A stretch of DNA of 64,000 bases from Octopus vulgaris (lineage: Eukaryota). The number at the start of each line of letters is the position of its first letter. The stretch's first letter is position 1. The notes beneath the pieces were generated by a model that saw nothing but the letters and a program-made list of their open reading frames with translations, was not told the DNA's origin and made no database searches. Shown piece after piece: positions 14,301-26,354 of the stretch. The translations under genes were made by a program, and so were the position numbers. Where the stretch lies: NCBI GenBank assembly GCA_951406725.2, contig OX597835.1, positions 16,554,001 through 16,618,000 on the forward strand, given 5' to 3'.

Positions 14301-17300
14301 AATGTTTCTTCAGCTGGATGCCCTTCCTAACGCCAACCACTCCATGAGTGTAGTGGGTGCTTTTTACGTGCCACCTGCACAGGTGCCAGGCGAGGCTGGC
14401 AACGGCCACGGTCGGATTGGTGTATTTTACGTGCCACCGGCAGTTTGTTTGTTATAATTATAATGTTAGGGGAGACTGAATGGTAAGCAGTTTGCTTTTC
14501 AACCACAGTGATCCAGGTTCAGCCCCACTGAGTGGCACTTTGGGAAATTGCCTTCTACTATAGCTCTAGGTTGACCAAAGCTTTGCGAGTAGATTTGGCC
14601 AGTGGAAACCACAGATGCCTGCCAATATATCTATCTGTATCTTTGCACTTATCTCCCACCATTGCTTGACGATCAGTGTTGGTTTGCTTACATCCTTGTA
14701 ACTTAGCGCTTCACCAAAAGACCGACAGGATTAAAAGAAAAAGTACTAGGGTCGATTTGTTTGACTAAACCCTTCAAAGTAGCGTCCCTGTATGGCTGCA
14801 GTCTAATGACTAAGACAAGTAAAGAAAGAAAGAAAAGAAGTCAGTCAAAAAAAGACACTTAAAGGAAATGTTACTTTTCGTATAGACATCATTGGTGCCT
14901 GATGTTCTGAGTTCAAATCAGATAACAGCCCACTTTACTATTTATTAGCCTGGGGTAGAATTAACCAATTGCCCTACTCTCTTAAAAAAAAAAGAAAGAA
15001 AAAGCTTTGTAAGTTCGAAATATAGGTGATGCGTCAAGCAAAACAGTCATGTGCAGTGTTTAGTATATTGTGATGTTCTACATGCAAATCCTGCCAACCC
15101 GCTAAATCTTAAATTTTGCCCTTCGTCCTGTGATTGTTGATACAGCAAATATTTGCCTATGATATGATCAATATATAGTTTAAATCCAAGTCACAATTTA
15201 TATATATATATATATATATTATATATAGTGGCCCAAAAGTACGTTTAGACTTTAAATTCCTTTTAAAACATTTAATTACATTTAAATTTCTATCTTACAA
15301 TTAACTAAATTAGCATAGAATATATCTATCTATATATATAAAATACAAAATGGGACAAGAACGCAAAACATCTGGATAGCTAGGTGATACAAAGAAATCA
15401 AGGACGGGTCATTCGAAACTCTCTATCTTCAGTCAAGCACCAGGATATCCTCACAATTTCGGCTGATAATCTGGTGCTTTGTATCGCCTATCTGGATGTT
15501 TTGTAGTTCCTTCTTGTATCACCTAGCTATCCGGATGTTTTGCGTTCTTGTCCCATTTTGTATTATATACACAAACACACAATACTATCAACCCACATCT
15601 GTTTTCCAATCACATCACAATGGAAAAATCTGGAACACTGAAGTTAAATATAAAGCACGTGCGCATTTGCAAGTGAAAAGAAAACAAGAATGACCTTTAA
15701 AAGGAAAGGAGCAAGGACAGAAGTAAGAGGGGGGAAAAAATAAACTACACAAAGGGAGGAGGTCATATATTGTTGTGGGAATTGCTTTCTACGTTTCTTA
15801 CCAGTCAACATGAACAACTCAGCAATCTTTTTGGCAACGGATGTTTAATTGATATGAGGCATAATGAGAATCGCATATCAACCAAGTTTATTTATACTAG
15901 CTTTATTTTATACACACCAACGTGTGTGTTTGTTATGTAACGATTTATACACAAACTAGTTGAATATGAGACTTAAAGGATTGCAAATTTGAAGGGGGGT
16001 ACCAACCAAATTTATAAATTTTGGCAAAGAAAAAAAGAAGTCGACAGTGACTTTCATTCAAGTTTCGGCATACATCAGTTTCATGATGGTTCGTAAACCG
16101 AGACATCGAGATCACTATCAACTTTGTCTTTAAATACACACACACACGAGTGGTGCAAAAGTCTCACATCAGTAAAATATAAACATTTATATCACATTTG
16201 CAAAAAAATTACAACAGATTGTTATTTTACTGGTGCGCGACTTTTGCTCCCCCATCTCCAGTATGTATGTATATGTGTATATATATGAGAGAGGTAGTGA
16301 GGGGGCATGTGTTAAGTAAATAGTAAATAAATGCTATATAATTAATAATAGCTCTTTAATTGCTTATAAATGCATTTTGTTTACTGTGTATATATATATA
16401 TATATATATATACGCGTGTGTATAAATCAATGATGGGTGTAACGCACTCGTGCCTGTCGAAAACGGACGAATTCACCTTTACATCATGAATCATATATTT
16501 TCATTAGAACTGAACAGATTCAGACCTCAAGCAGGTTCTTGTAACCTCCATATACAAAAAAGAAGGTTCGTGTACATAAAGAAATATAGACACGAACGAT
16601 ATTTCATTTACCCGTCAACGAGTAGTTTACACGTGCGTGTATATACATATATTTATACATGTATGTGTGTGTATATATGTCGTATTTCCTGCAGCATCGT
16701 TAATGCGTAAATTACGTGTGGTTATATATTATTATACACACATGTACACATATATAGTGTACCTCATATACGCGTTAATGCGTAAATTGTGAGTGTAGGA
16801 AGGTACATATCTACATCTATCTATCTATCTATATATATAGCATCTTATGTTGCATCGTTGCGGTTATATATTATTATACACACATGTACACATATATAGT
16901 GTACCTCATATACGCGTTAATGCGTAAACTGTGTGTGTAGGAAGGTACATATCTACATCTATCTTATCTATCTATATTTATTTATATATATATATATATA
17001 TAGCATCTTATGTTGCATCGTTAAAGTATAGATTGCGACTGTGTATAAATAAATCTATATACACACACATATATATACTGCTTCTCCAGGAAGCACTGTT
17101 AATGCGCAAATTACACACACATATACACATCCTAAACGTGTTGATTGCTTATGTATGTACATAGATCGATACACAGACATACATACTGCATCTTATATAA
17201 TTAATTACTGCGTAGATCACATGCGTGTGAACATATCAATATATACACGCATACACATATATATATATTGCCTTACATGGAGTACCACTGATGTGTAGAT

Positions 17301-19302
17301 TGCGCGCATGTATGTATATTTTGAGAGAGCTAACTGAATACTACATACATATCATTGCTATTATGTTAAACCGTTGTATGTCCAAATTGGGCCAAAATGC
17401 GTTTTTCTTTTTTTGGGGTTTACAATATTCAATTTTGCTTGCAATAGCTGGTTGCTTTGGTCAAACTATCGTATCTCCAACTGCCTCAGATGCCAACGGT
17501 TTGGCATTTTCCAAAGGTGTGTAGTAAATGGCACATACGACAGGTGCAACGATATGTACATTCACCATTCATAATTTTTATTCAAGAGTACATTATCATG
17601 TATATATATATATATTTACACACACACACATATATATATCAGGTAAGGTGAAAAGATTATCTATTCACAAGATAAGCTTAACGAATACGTGAAGTAGTTG
17701 ACGAGTTGAAATGGAAATTAAGTGAAATATAGAGATAAGGTCGACAAACAGATAACCCTGAGATACGATTCGGGTTGATATATAAATAGAAGACAGGTTG
17801 TTGATATATATATATATATGAGAGAGAGGGTGCTCTCCACACAGACTTTGTTTCCTCATAACTTACAGAAAAATTGATGTTTGATGTAGACTAAAGCATG
17901 TTTGTAGGAAATTTCTTTCTCATAAAGTTATGTGGAAACAACGTCAGAGGAGGACGGGGTGCACAATTGTGTAGTTATGCATATATATTGCACACACATC
18001 TCTTTTTTTGGCATCGTTGCATGGTGAGAATAGAATTACAAATAATGTAGGGCATAGTGCACCAAAAACAGCAATTTGTATGGTTGGCTATATTTCAGCA
18101 TCGCAGGTCAACTATTCTGCAAGAAGAAGAATAAAACAATAAATACTCGAGTACGTACTCGTACCCGTTGTGATTTTTCGGTTGAGGAAACTCCAAAGGA
18201 GAGCTGAACAGCCGAAGGTCCTCAGATAAGGAACCTATCTCTTCATGTAAGGGTTTTGGCCCTCAACTCTTAAAAGCAGAAAAATCGCAAGGGTGTGCTT
18301 GTGTGCGCGCGCCAAAAAAACACCTCCAGTACCAAGTTTTCTTTCTCTTTTTGCCAGAATCGTAACCAAAGTCACTCGAAACAGACATTTTCTAAAAGAG
18401 ACTACAGCTTTGGTGTTCAAGATAATTTCGGACTCTATTCTACAGGAATGCCATATAATATATATTATTGGTAGTGATGGTGACTGGGGGAAGAGGAGGT
18501 GGAAGATATAGCTGTGTAATAGAATAGTATAGGGTGTATGAGGGGTAGATTGAGGAGGAGTGAAAGCAACGACAGAGGAACAGAGAGAATAGACTGAGAA
18601 GGTTAATAGTCGGGTGGAGAGAAATAGATAATGGCGGGAGAAGATCAAGAATAGACAGAAAGATGTCTTATTTAGCACACCACACTTATATTTATATTTA
18701 TCTGTAGACACACACGCATATATGTATATAAATATATTTAGGTATACCTCAACTTACGCTGTTTCGAGTTACGTTTTTTTTTCTCTCGAATAACGTCGTC
18801 TTTATAAGAAACCAATGGAAAAAAATAAACCAACTGCACTCTCAATCTCAGTGATCATGTTTAAAAACATTTTTATTTATATCTGATCTATATCTAAATT
18901 TTGTTCTATCCTCCTCTTTCTCTCTCTCCTCACACAAATATACACGCAGAGGCATACCTCAACTTACGTCGGTAATTATTTCCAAACATTTTATATTTTT
19001 GAAAGCACATAAAAACCGATAATGAAGTGGAAAATCAAATGCAATACATGTGAAAATACGGAGAAACCATCTATTAAAAACGGAGATAAGCTAATAGAGG
19101 CTTTTTTAAAAATAGATTTTTCGTGTGAGGCTGTTTGTCCGCATCAAGTCGCATGGCTTGGAGGAAATAATTACCGACGTAAGTTGAGGTATGCCTCTGC
19201 GTGTATATTTGTGTGAGGGGAGAGAGCGAGAGGAGGATAGAATAAAATTTAGATATAGATCAGGTGTGAGAGATAACGATGGTAGATAAGGGTTAGAGAG
19301 AA

Positions 19303-19336
<34 letters not shown>

Positions 19337-19461
19337 AATATATCGCTTTTAGCAATGAGTGGGTGTAGGAACTGACAAATTCATTGATCTCATATCTATA
19401 AAATAGTGTGAGTGCGCGTAAAAGCGAGTCTTTGATATCCGCATAGTCGAGTGTGCGCGTG

Positions 19462-19493
<32 letters not shown>

Positions 19494-19988
19494 GAGAGAT
19501 AAATAAAAGAGAGTATCCTTGAGTAAAAGCACAGTTCGACCAATTTGAAATCAGCGATCTTTTTCGTTACATAATCTACTACACACTGTCACATAATAGC
19601 AGATGCTTGTGTACAAAAAGCACCCAATATGTTATTATATATTAAATTGCGCACTAAGCAACTCTGAGAAGGTAGGTAATTGGTTAAACGCATCTGTACT
19701 GAAACGGAAGGGAAAAAAAAAACCTCAAAGCATTTAACATTTATATATATATATGATGATTTCATTTGAATGAAACAGTTCTAGTCCTGTAGAAGCTCCT
19801 TCTACAAAATAAATTAATTTACTCTGCTATGTATTGAGTACCTTATTTACTGTGGTTAACCCCGACTCAACCCGGGACCTACATATAAATATATATGTGT
19901 GTGTATATATATTGTTCAATATCCTTTTTGTTTTCTTTAAGGTTGTTGCTCTGACACGCATCTTCTTTCATAGTGTGTCTAGCAACCA

Positions 19989-20034
<46 letters not shown>

Positions 20035-20399
20035 TGGCTGCTAGACACACTATGAAAGCAGATGCGTGTCAGAGCAACAACCTTAAAGAATACAAAAAGG
20101 ATATTGAACAATATATAATAATGGACTGATGTCGAAGCAAAATATATTCCTAACATGGAAAGCAATATATATATACGTTAAATCAAGACTAGTAATTAAT
20201 TCAAAAGTAGTAATTTAGAAACGGATTATAGTAATTAAATAATAAAGCAAGGTAATTAGTAACTAATTAAGAGTGGTTTTGTGTTCTTACTTACCATGGA
20301 TTGGTAGACATAGGAAGCATACATTTCCATGTTAATTTGGCGATTGATGCCAGCTTCGGAATCCTCGTGGAAATTTTGGCGTGGGTTACTGTCGCACAT
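1626..20399 (-). CDS. FTH1: Ferritin A (soma/heavy-M type), spliced CDS join(20399-20295, 5392-5246, 3743-3618, 1763-1626), 171 aa
   Basis: Manual splicing with GT-AG phase-0 introns gives [35 protein letters not shown]|[49 protein letters not shown]|[42 protein letters not shown]|[45 protein letters not shown]. Ferroxidase residues E25, Y32, E59, E60, H63, E105 and Q139 are present. No signal peptide. The symbol denotes homology only. Confidence 0.95.
3618..3743 (-). CDS. Ferritin A exon 3 (126 nt)
   Basis: tttctcAG acceptor, translation KPDNDDWG...[17 protein letters not shown] donor. Confidence 0.96.
5246..5392 (-). CDS. Ferritin A exon 2 (147 nt)
   Basis: ttttcAG acceptor, translation [11 protein letters not shown]...[19 protein letters not shown] donor. 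Overlaps ORF 5150..5353. Confidence 0.96.
5535..5787 (-). pseudogene. Decayed duplicate of the ferritin A exon 4 3' half plus 3'UTR, inside intron 1
   Basis: Collinear with about 1445-1688. For example CTTGGTGCATTCTTGTAAGTAAAAGTGAGTTTAGCTTTCA is shared exactly. Translates as [19 protein letters not shown]. Confidence 0.9.
7545..10829 (-). pseudogene. Probable decayed cGAS-like receptor (Mab-21/cGLR nucleotidyltransferase) pseudogene interrupted by SINEs
   Basis: Frameshifted motifs in the expected order on the minus strand: TG(S)..[18 protein letters not shown] (10590-10510), YGLV.AL(K)C and CWLPAA/RE*IH (9832-9744), Y..KVLLF..WLCE (8756-8709), [18 protein letters not shown] (8120-8060). Pattern recognition only, no search run. 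Confidence 0.5.
7654..8053 (-). mobile_element. SINE/LINE-tail family 3 (GCGTTAGGAAGGGCATCCAGC... ending in (GAT)n)
   Basis: Repeated at about 4469-4690, 8784-9120, 9160-9680, 13504-13785, 14193-14440, 57620-57897 and 62081-62280. Internal tandem TTTTACGTGCCACC units and a short TTAATA TSD. Confidence 0.8.
12921..13303 (-). mobile_element. tRNA-derived SINE family 4 with a 12-bp TSD
   Basis: Head GTGGAGACGCAATGGCCCAGTGGTTAGG...GGTTTCGATTCC. TAGAAAGGTAAT at 12909-12920 and 13304-13315. Confidence 0.85.
15342..15564. repeat. Fold-back with about 51-bp arms, inserted in (TA)n (Penelope-like)
   Basis: 15342-15392 is the reverse complement of 15514-15564 with 1 mismatch. Confidence 0.75.
18883..19263. 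repeat. Inverted repeat with about 100-bp arms (DNA-transposon-derived)
   Basis: 18883-18983 pairs with 19163-19263 and contains a Tc1/pogo-like GGCATACCTCAACTTACG. Confidence 0.8.
19906..20117. repeat. Near-perfect palindrome with a (TA)n centre
   Basis: Arms of about 85 bp with 3 mismatches around a self-complementary TA tract. Confidence 0.9.
20295..20399 (-). CDS. Ferritin A exon 1 (coding part, 35 codons)
   Basis: ATG at 20399, translation [10 protein letters not shown]...YVYQSM, followed by a GTAAGT donor. Confidence 0.95.
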
Positions 20400-20692
20400 T
20401 TTTGTCGGTTTCTTGGTTCCTTAACTAATTCTTTGATTGAGAACACTTCGATCTCTTTTTTTACCTTAAATCGCTAGGATTCTAATAAAGGTGACGGCAA
20501 AAGTAATTAATGTTGGTTGATTGAAAAAACAAAATTTTAAATAAAAACTGCGATTATTTAAAATTAAGAACTTTTAAAAACTGGAAAACTGAAAAGTTAA
20601 TTTTCTTTTTTTTATATATATTTATATATAAAAAGGAAGGAAAAATAAGAATTATTAATTAAAAGCGTTTTGCAAAGTATGGTTAAGAATAT

Positions 20693-20720
20693 GTCCGTAC
20701 GTTCACTGACGCAGCTAGAC
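20693..20720 (-). promoter_or_regulatory. Iron-responsive element (IRE) in the ferritin A 5'UTR
   Basis: Sense RNA GUCU-AGC-UGCGU-CAGUGA-ACGUA-C-GGAC: CAGUGN loop, 5-bp upper stem, ferritin-type internal loop with bulged C. Lies about 10 nt from the predicted cap. Confidence 0.93.
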
Positions 20721-20751
20721 TATTTCTTATGCCGAGCTAACGCAACGGTGC

Positions 20752-20802
20752 TTTATATAGTCTGCAGATGCGGCTGGTCACGTGCTGGAAATTTCCGCCA
20801 AT
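20752..20802 (-). promoter_or_regulatory. Ferritin A core and proximal promoter: TATA (20752-20759), E-box CACGTG (20779-20784), kB-like GGAAATTTCC (20787-20796), CCAAT (20798-20802)
   Basis: TATATAAA lies about 32 nt upstream of the IRE. The other motifs are read directly in the next 45 nt upstream. Confidence 0.7.
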
Positions 20803-21862
20803 CAACGAGCTGGGTACATGAAATTGAGTTGAGTACAAGGGGAGATGGGGGGGTGGCAGATGAAATGAGGTGGATGGATAAAGGGGGGGATAGGAGGGTA
20901 GTGGAGGGAATGTTGTTGTTGTTGTTGTTGTTACCCCCCAGGTCGTCCACGAGCGAAGAAATACCTTTAATGGCAAAAAAGGACCCCAGCCATAGCAATC
21001 CCATCTTCTTTTCCAATCGTCATTGTTATCGTCATTGTTTAGTTTAGCCCCAGGCTAACCACCGATCGAACGGATCTGTATTCAAAGGCAACCCAAACAT
21101 GACTATCCAGTCTTTACTCTACGTACAGAGAACCCACGATTAAAATGATCTACAATCCGTCCCGTCTTTTTTTCAGACGGTAGGGCGATCTGAAAAATCT
21201 GCTATTTCTAGCAAATAGAATGACCACGTAGAGGCTAACTTGTTGGCTTACGTGGTAGATTCAAGTAGGATGAGGTACGGGTAGAGTAGGGAAGAATAAG
21301 CGAGTGAATGCGTGAGTGAGTGTATGCATGTATGTATGTATATGTGTGTGTGTGTGTGCGTATGGAGTGGAGTGTAGCTTCGCACTTTAGTATTAGTGTA
21401 TTTTGTGTCGCACGAAAATGATTTGATGAAGAAGCTATTACGTCATGGCAACGTTCGTTTTAATGCTGGAAGATGAAACAAACAAACGAACGAACGAACG
21501 ACCGGATATCATGATGTGGAGGATTGACATTTTCATAGGACAATAAATGAATATAAATAAAAATCAATTCAAATCTTGTAGTATTTAGTTAGGACCCCTT
21601 GATGTTCCTGGTAGAGATCATACTCAATCCCCCAGGCGTTACCTTTCGCCCTCTCCAAAGGTCGATAAAATAAAGCCCTCAATTAAGTACTTATGCCGAT
21701 TTTAATATTCCTATGAAGCATCCTGGAGATGTAAATGGATTTATGATGGAAGGCAGCAAGACGGACGACATGTTGCAATGGTTTTCTAACTTATTTTCCC
21801 ACTGAAAAATTGTTAAAACCCTCGCTTATATTTTAACAGATAAAACTCATTATTCTAATTTT

Positions 21863-22266
21863 GGCAATCTTTCGTCTCTAGTAGACCTTTCCGTCGATTT
21901 CCGTAAAAAAATTTTTTTTTTTACATATGGGCTTGCGGGAACTTTTGAAGTAATGAGAGCGAAAGAGACTAAGAGAAAGCGATTGTATGACGAGGGAAGT
22001 TCTTTTGAAGTTACCGTGCATGTGAAGCATTGATGTGCATGTGTGTGTGTGTGTGTTTGATGGGGTGTGGGAGACAGACAGTATGTTGTGTAAGTGAAGT
22101 GCTTCTGTTAGTGTGTGTGAAAGAAAGAGATAACTGAAATTTTTTACTCGGTGTATGTGTATATGTATGTATATTACTTCAAAAGTTCCCGCAAGCCCAT
22201 ATGTAAAAAAAAATAAATTTTTTAACGGAAATCGACGGAAAGGTCTACTAGAGACGAAAGATCGCC
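21863..22266. mobile_element. MITE with long GGC-terminated TIRs and an 8-bp TSD (Merlin-like)
   Basis: GGCAATCTTTCGTCTCTAGTAGACC...GGTCTACTAGAGACGAAAGATCGCC, flanked by CTAATTTT on both sides. Confidence 0.85.
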
Positions 22267-22664
22267 CTAATTTTAATAAGACATCAGATCAGACGTCGTA
22301 AAAAATGTTTTTGAAATAAAATTTATTCGTATATAGAAACCATACAATAATGTATTTAGGATTGGGTTAAATTATATAACTTCAAAGGCATATACATTCT
22401 TTATTATTAATTTCTAGGAGGAAAAAATGAATTCGATTTTCATCAAGATGTAAAACTATATTAAAGTATCAAGTTTGAAAATTATCTGGTGAAAATTTGA
22501 AAAACTTTTATGTCTGCAGTCTAATAATGATTGAAACAAAATTAAAAGAAAAAAAGATCGGTGTATTATTTTGAAAATGGCGAATATCTATTTTTTTTAC
22601 TATCAAATTTTCAATAAATTTTATTGAAACCTCTTTTTTCACAGAACTCCAGTATTTTATTTTT

Positions 22665-22987
22665 GGCAATCTTTCGTCTCTAGTAGACCTTTCCGTCGAT
22701 TTCCGTAAAAAACTTCTTTTTTTTTTTACATATGGGCTTGCGGGAACTTTTGAAGTAATGAAAGCGAAAGAGACTAAGAGAAAGCGATTGTATGACGAGG
22801 GAAGTTCTTTTGAAGTTACCGTGCATGGGAAGCATTGATGTACATGTGTGTGTGTGTGTGTTTGATGGGGTGTGGGAAATTTTTTACTCGGTGTATGTGT
22901 ATATGTATGTATATTACTTCAAAAGTTCCCGCAAGCCCATATGTAAAAAAAAAAAAATTTTTTACGGAAATCGACGGAAAGATCGCC
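22665..22987. mobile_element. Same MITE family, internally deleted copy
   Basis: Near-identical to 21863-22266, with an imperfect TTATTTTT/TTATTATT TSD. Confidence 0.8.
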
Positions 22988-23851
22988 TTATTATTTTTTT
23001 TAAAGCAATACGGAGATTCTCGAAACTGACTTTAAGTAAGTGTAACTGGATAACGAAGACGAAGATAAAATTTTTGAAAACGAAGACCGGACTGTCGCAA
23101 TTATAACACTTCTGATCATCTCTGCTCGGCCTGAGTTGACCTGAAGTTGAACAACAACAACTACACCAGCAAGAAGAATAGGATGAGGGATAAGCACACG
23201 ATCTCAGATCAAGTCACTTGCTATGCAAGTACATCCCCTGTAATAATAATACTTTCTACTAAAGACACAGGGCCTGAAAAATTTGGTGGAAGGGACTAGT
23301 CGATTACCGACTTAATTTATCGATTTCTCAGGTACTTAATTTATCAACTCCGAAAGGATGGAGGGCAAAGTCGACCTTGGCGGATTTTGAACTCAGAACG
23401 TAGAGACGGGTGAAATACGGTTAAGTATTTCGTCGAGGGAACTAACAAATTCTGCCAGCTCGCCGCTTTGATAGTAATAATAATCGTAATAATTTCTAAA
23501 GAGCTGTTACAGAGACTGACATATTTCATATTATTAGAACAGCAAAAGTGGCTGAATCGGTAGACAGTTGATAAAAATAATGCTTGGCAACGTTTGTTCT
23601 GGCAGTTTGCCTTCTGAGTTCACATTCTGCCGAGGTCGACTTAGCCTTTCATCCTTTAGGAATCGATAAAATAAGCACCAGTTGAGTCTCGGTGGGGGAG
23701 GAGGGAGGCTCGATGTAGTCGACATACCTCTACCCGCGAACTGTTGAAATAAAGTGTCTTGCTCAAGAACACAACACGCAGCCCGGTACGGGATTCGAGC
23801 TCACAGCCTCACGATCGTAAGCTCGACGCTCTAACCACTGAGCCACGCGCC

Positions 23852-24556
<705 letters not shown>

Positions 24557-24802
24557 CAACAAGGCCTGAAATTTGTGGTTTAAGTTCTTAGTCGGGTTAA
24601 CATTGTAGTTTAGAGTCGTAAAAATAGTGTAAGTAAACTGCATCGGGAAAACCGATATTGAATTACCACAATTTCATAAACACGGGTACCTAGTTATGTA
24701 GTATGATCTAAGGATAGCATGAGTATTTCTGAAATAGCAGCTGAGGTACTCTGCCGCTGCGTAGAATAATAATATAGCCAACAACGAACCAAAGGGACGC
24801 GT

Positions 24803-25226
24803 GGCGATCTTTCGTCTTTAGTAGACCTTTCCGTCGATTTCCGTAAAAAAATTTTTTTTTTCTACATATGGGCTTGCGGGAACTTTTGAAGTAATAGACA
24901 TACATATACACATACACCGAGTAAAAAAATTCAGTTATCTCTTTCTTTCACACATTACTCTGTCTCTTCACACACACTAACAGAAGCACTTCACTTACAC
25001 AACATACTGTCTGTCTCCCACACCCCATCAAACACACACACACACACATGTACATCAATGCTTCACATGCACGGTAACTTCAAAAGAACTTCCCTCGTCA
25101 TACAATCGCTTTCTCTTAGTCTCTTTCGCTCTCATTACTTCAAAAGTTCCCGCAAGCCCATATGTAAAAAAAAAATTTTTTTTTACGGAAATCGACGGAA
25201 AGGTCTACTAGAGACGAAAGATTGCC
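24803..25226. mobile_element. Same MITE family, inverted copy with an 8-bp TSD
   Basis: GGACGCGT at 24795-24802 and 25227-25234. Confidence 0.85.
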
Positions 25227-26035
25227 GGACGCGTTTCAAATTCGGTGGGTGGATTGCTATGTTACTTTAGAGCACATGTACACCGTTGTGAAGTTGTGAA
25301 CCATTCTTTCAACTTTGTTGATTTGAGGATGAGAGCATCTGAAAAGACTTCCGCCCGTGCCCACCTCATTTTCTCCCAAATTTGTTCATTTAAAAATATC
25401 TTTTTTTTTTTGCCAAAACCCCCTGTTTTCGGATACGGAGGTTTCGGAAATTTGCCAAAAATCGGCACTGTGAAATTCCACCCCCCTAATTCTTCAATTT
25501 TAACTTTTTTCCCTAATACTAACCCTAAAACCGTAACCATAACCCTAAAACCTTAACCCTAACCGTAATTACAGAAATGCTTTGAAATTTTTGTCCGAAT
25601 CATAATGTCCGTATTTTTCCGCATATTTAGGGAAAAAAAAAATTCTTAAAAAAAAATTTTACAGAAGTTTTTAGAAATTTTTTTCAGAATCATAATCTCC
25701 GTATTTTTCCGCGTATTTTGAGAAAAAAAAATTCTGAAAAAAGTGGAAAATAAAGGAAATGGTGGTGGGCGAGGGAGGGGATAATTTAAAAATGCCGATT
25801 TTTGCCAATTTTTTTTGCAGATTCATATTCCCCGTCACAGAAAAGGGGGGGGGAGTTGTGTCAAAAAATTTTTTTTTTTTGAAAGGTGGTTTTTGTAGGG
25901 GGATGTACACTGATTTGTTCTGCTTTTTATATTTAACCCTACAGTCTCTTATGTGGTGGTTTAATAAAGTATGTGATTGAGTATTATCTGGTAATTGATA
26001 TTTGATTTAGATGTATTTCTCCATTTCCTTATCTT

Positions 26036-26080
<45 letters not shown>

Positions 26081-26178
26081 TAACGGGAAAGTTTACGAAA
26101 ATAAACAAAATAGGAAGGCAGGTGGAGTACAAACAAACAAATGTATTAGTATGGCGCTCAGGAATAGAAATAGAACAA

Positions 26179-26218
26179 GTCTATTACGTTTCGAGCTTAC
26201 GCTCTTCGACAGAAAGAT
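26179..26218 (-). ncRNA. Degenerate hammerhead-like motif in a fragment inserted in (TA)n
   Basis: AUCUUU|CUGUCGA|A-GAGC-GUAA-GCUC|GAAA|CG|UA|AUAGAC. Core A6 is mutated. Confidence 0.45.
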
Positions 26219-26285
26219 ACACAGAAAAAAACAAGAAGAGAAAAAAATGCGTGTAGGAGCTAACGATCTATCATGGCGTCCTGAC

Positions 26286-26354
<69 letters not shown>

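Noticed and set aside
19648-19655. MRE-like TGCGCAC in ferritin A intron 1
   Set aside because: A single 7-mer expected by chance, with no cluster near either promoter.
25490-25570. Telomere-like (CCCTAA) variants
   Set aside because: A short, degenerate tract inside transposon-like sequence. Not evidence of a chromosome end or fusion.
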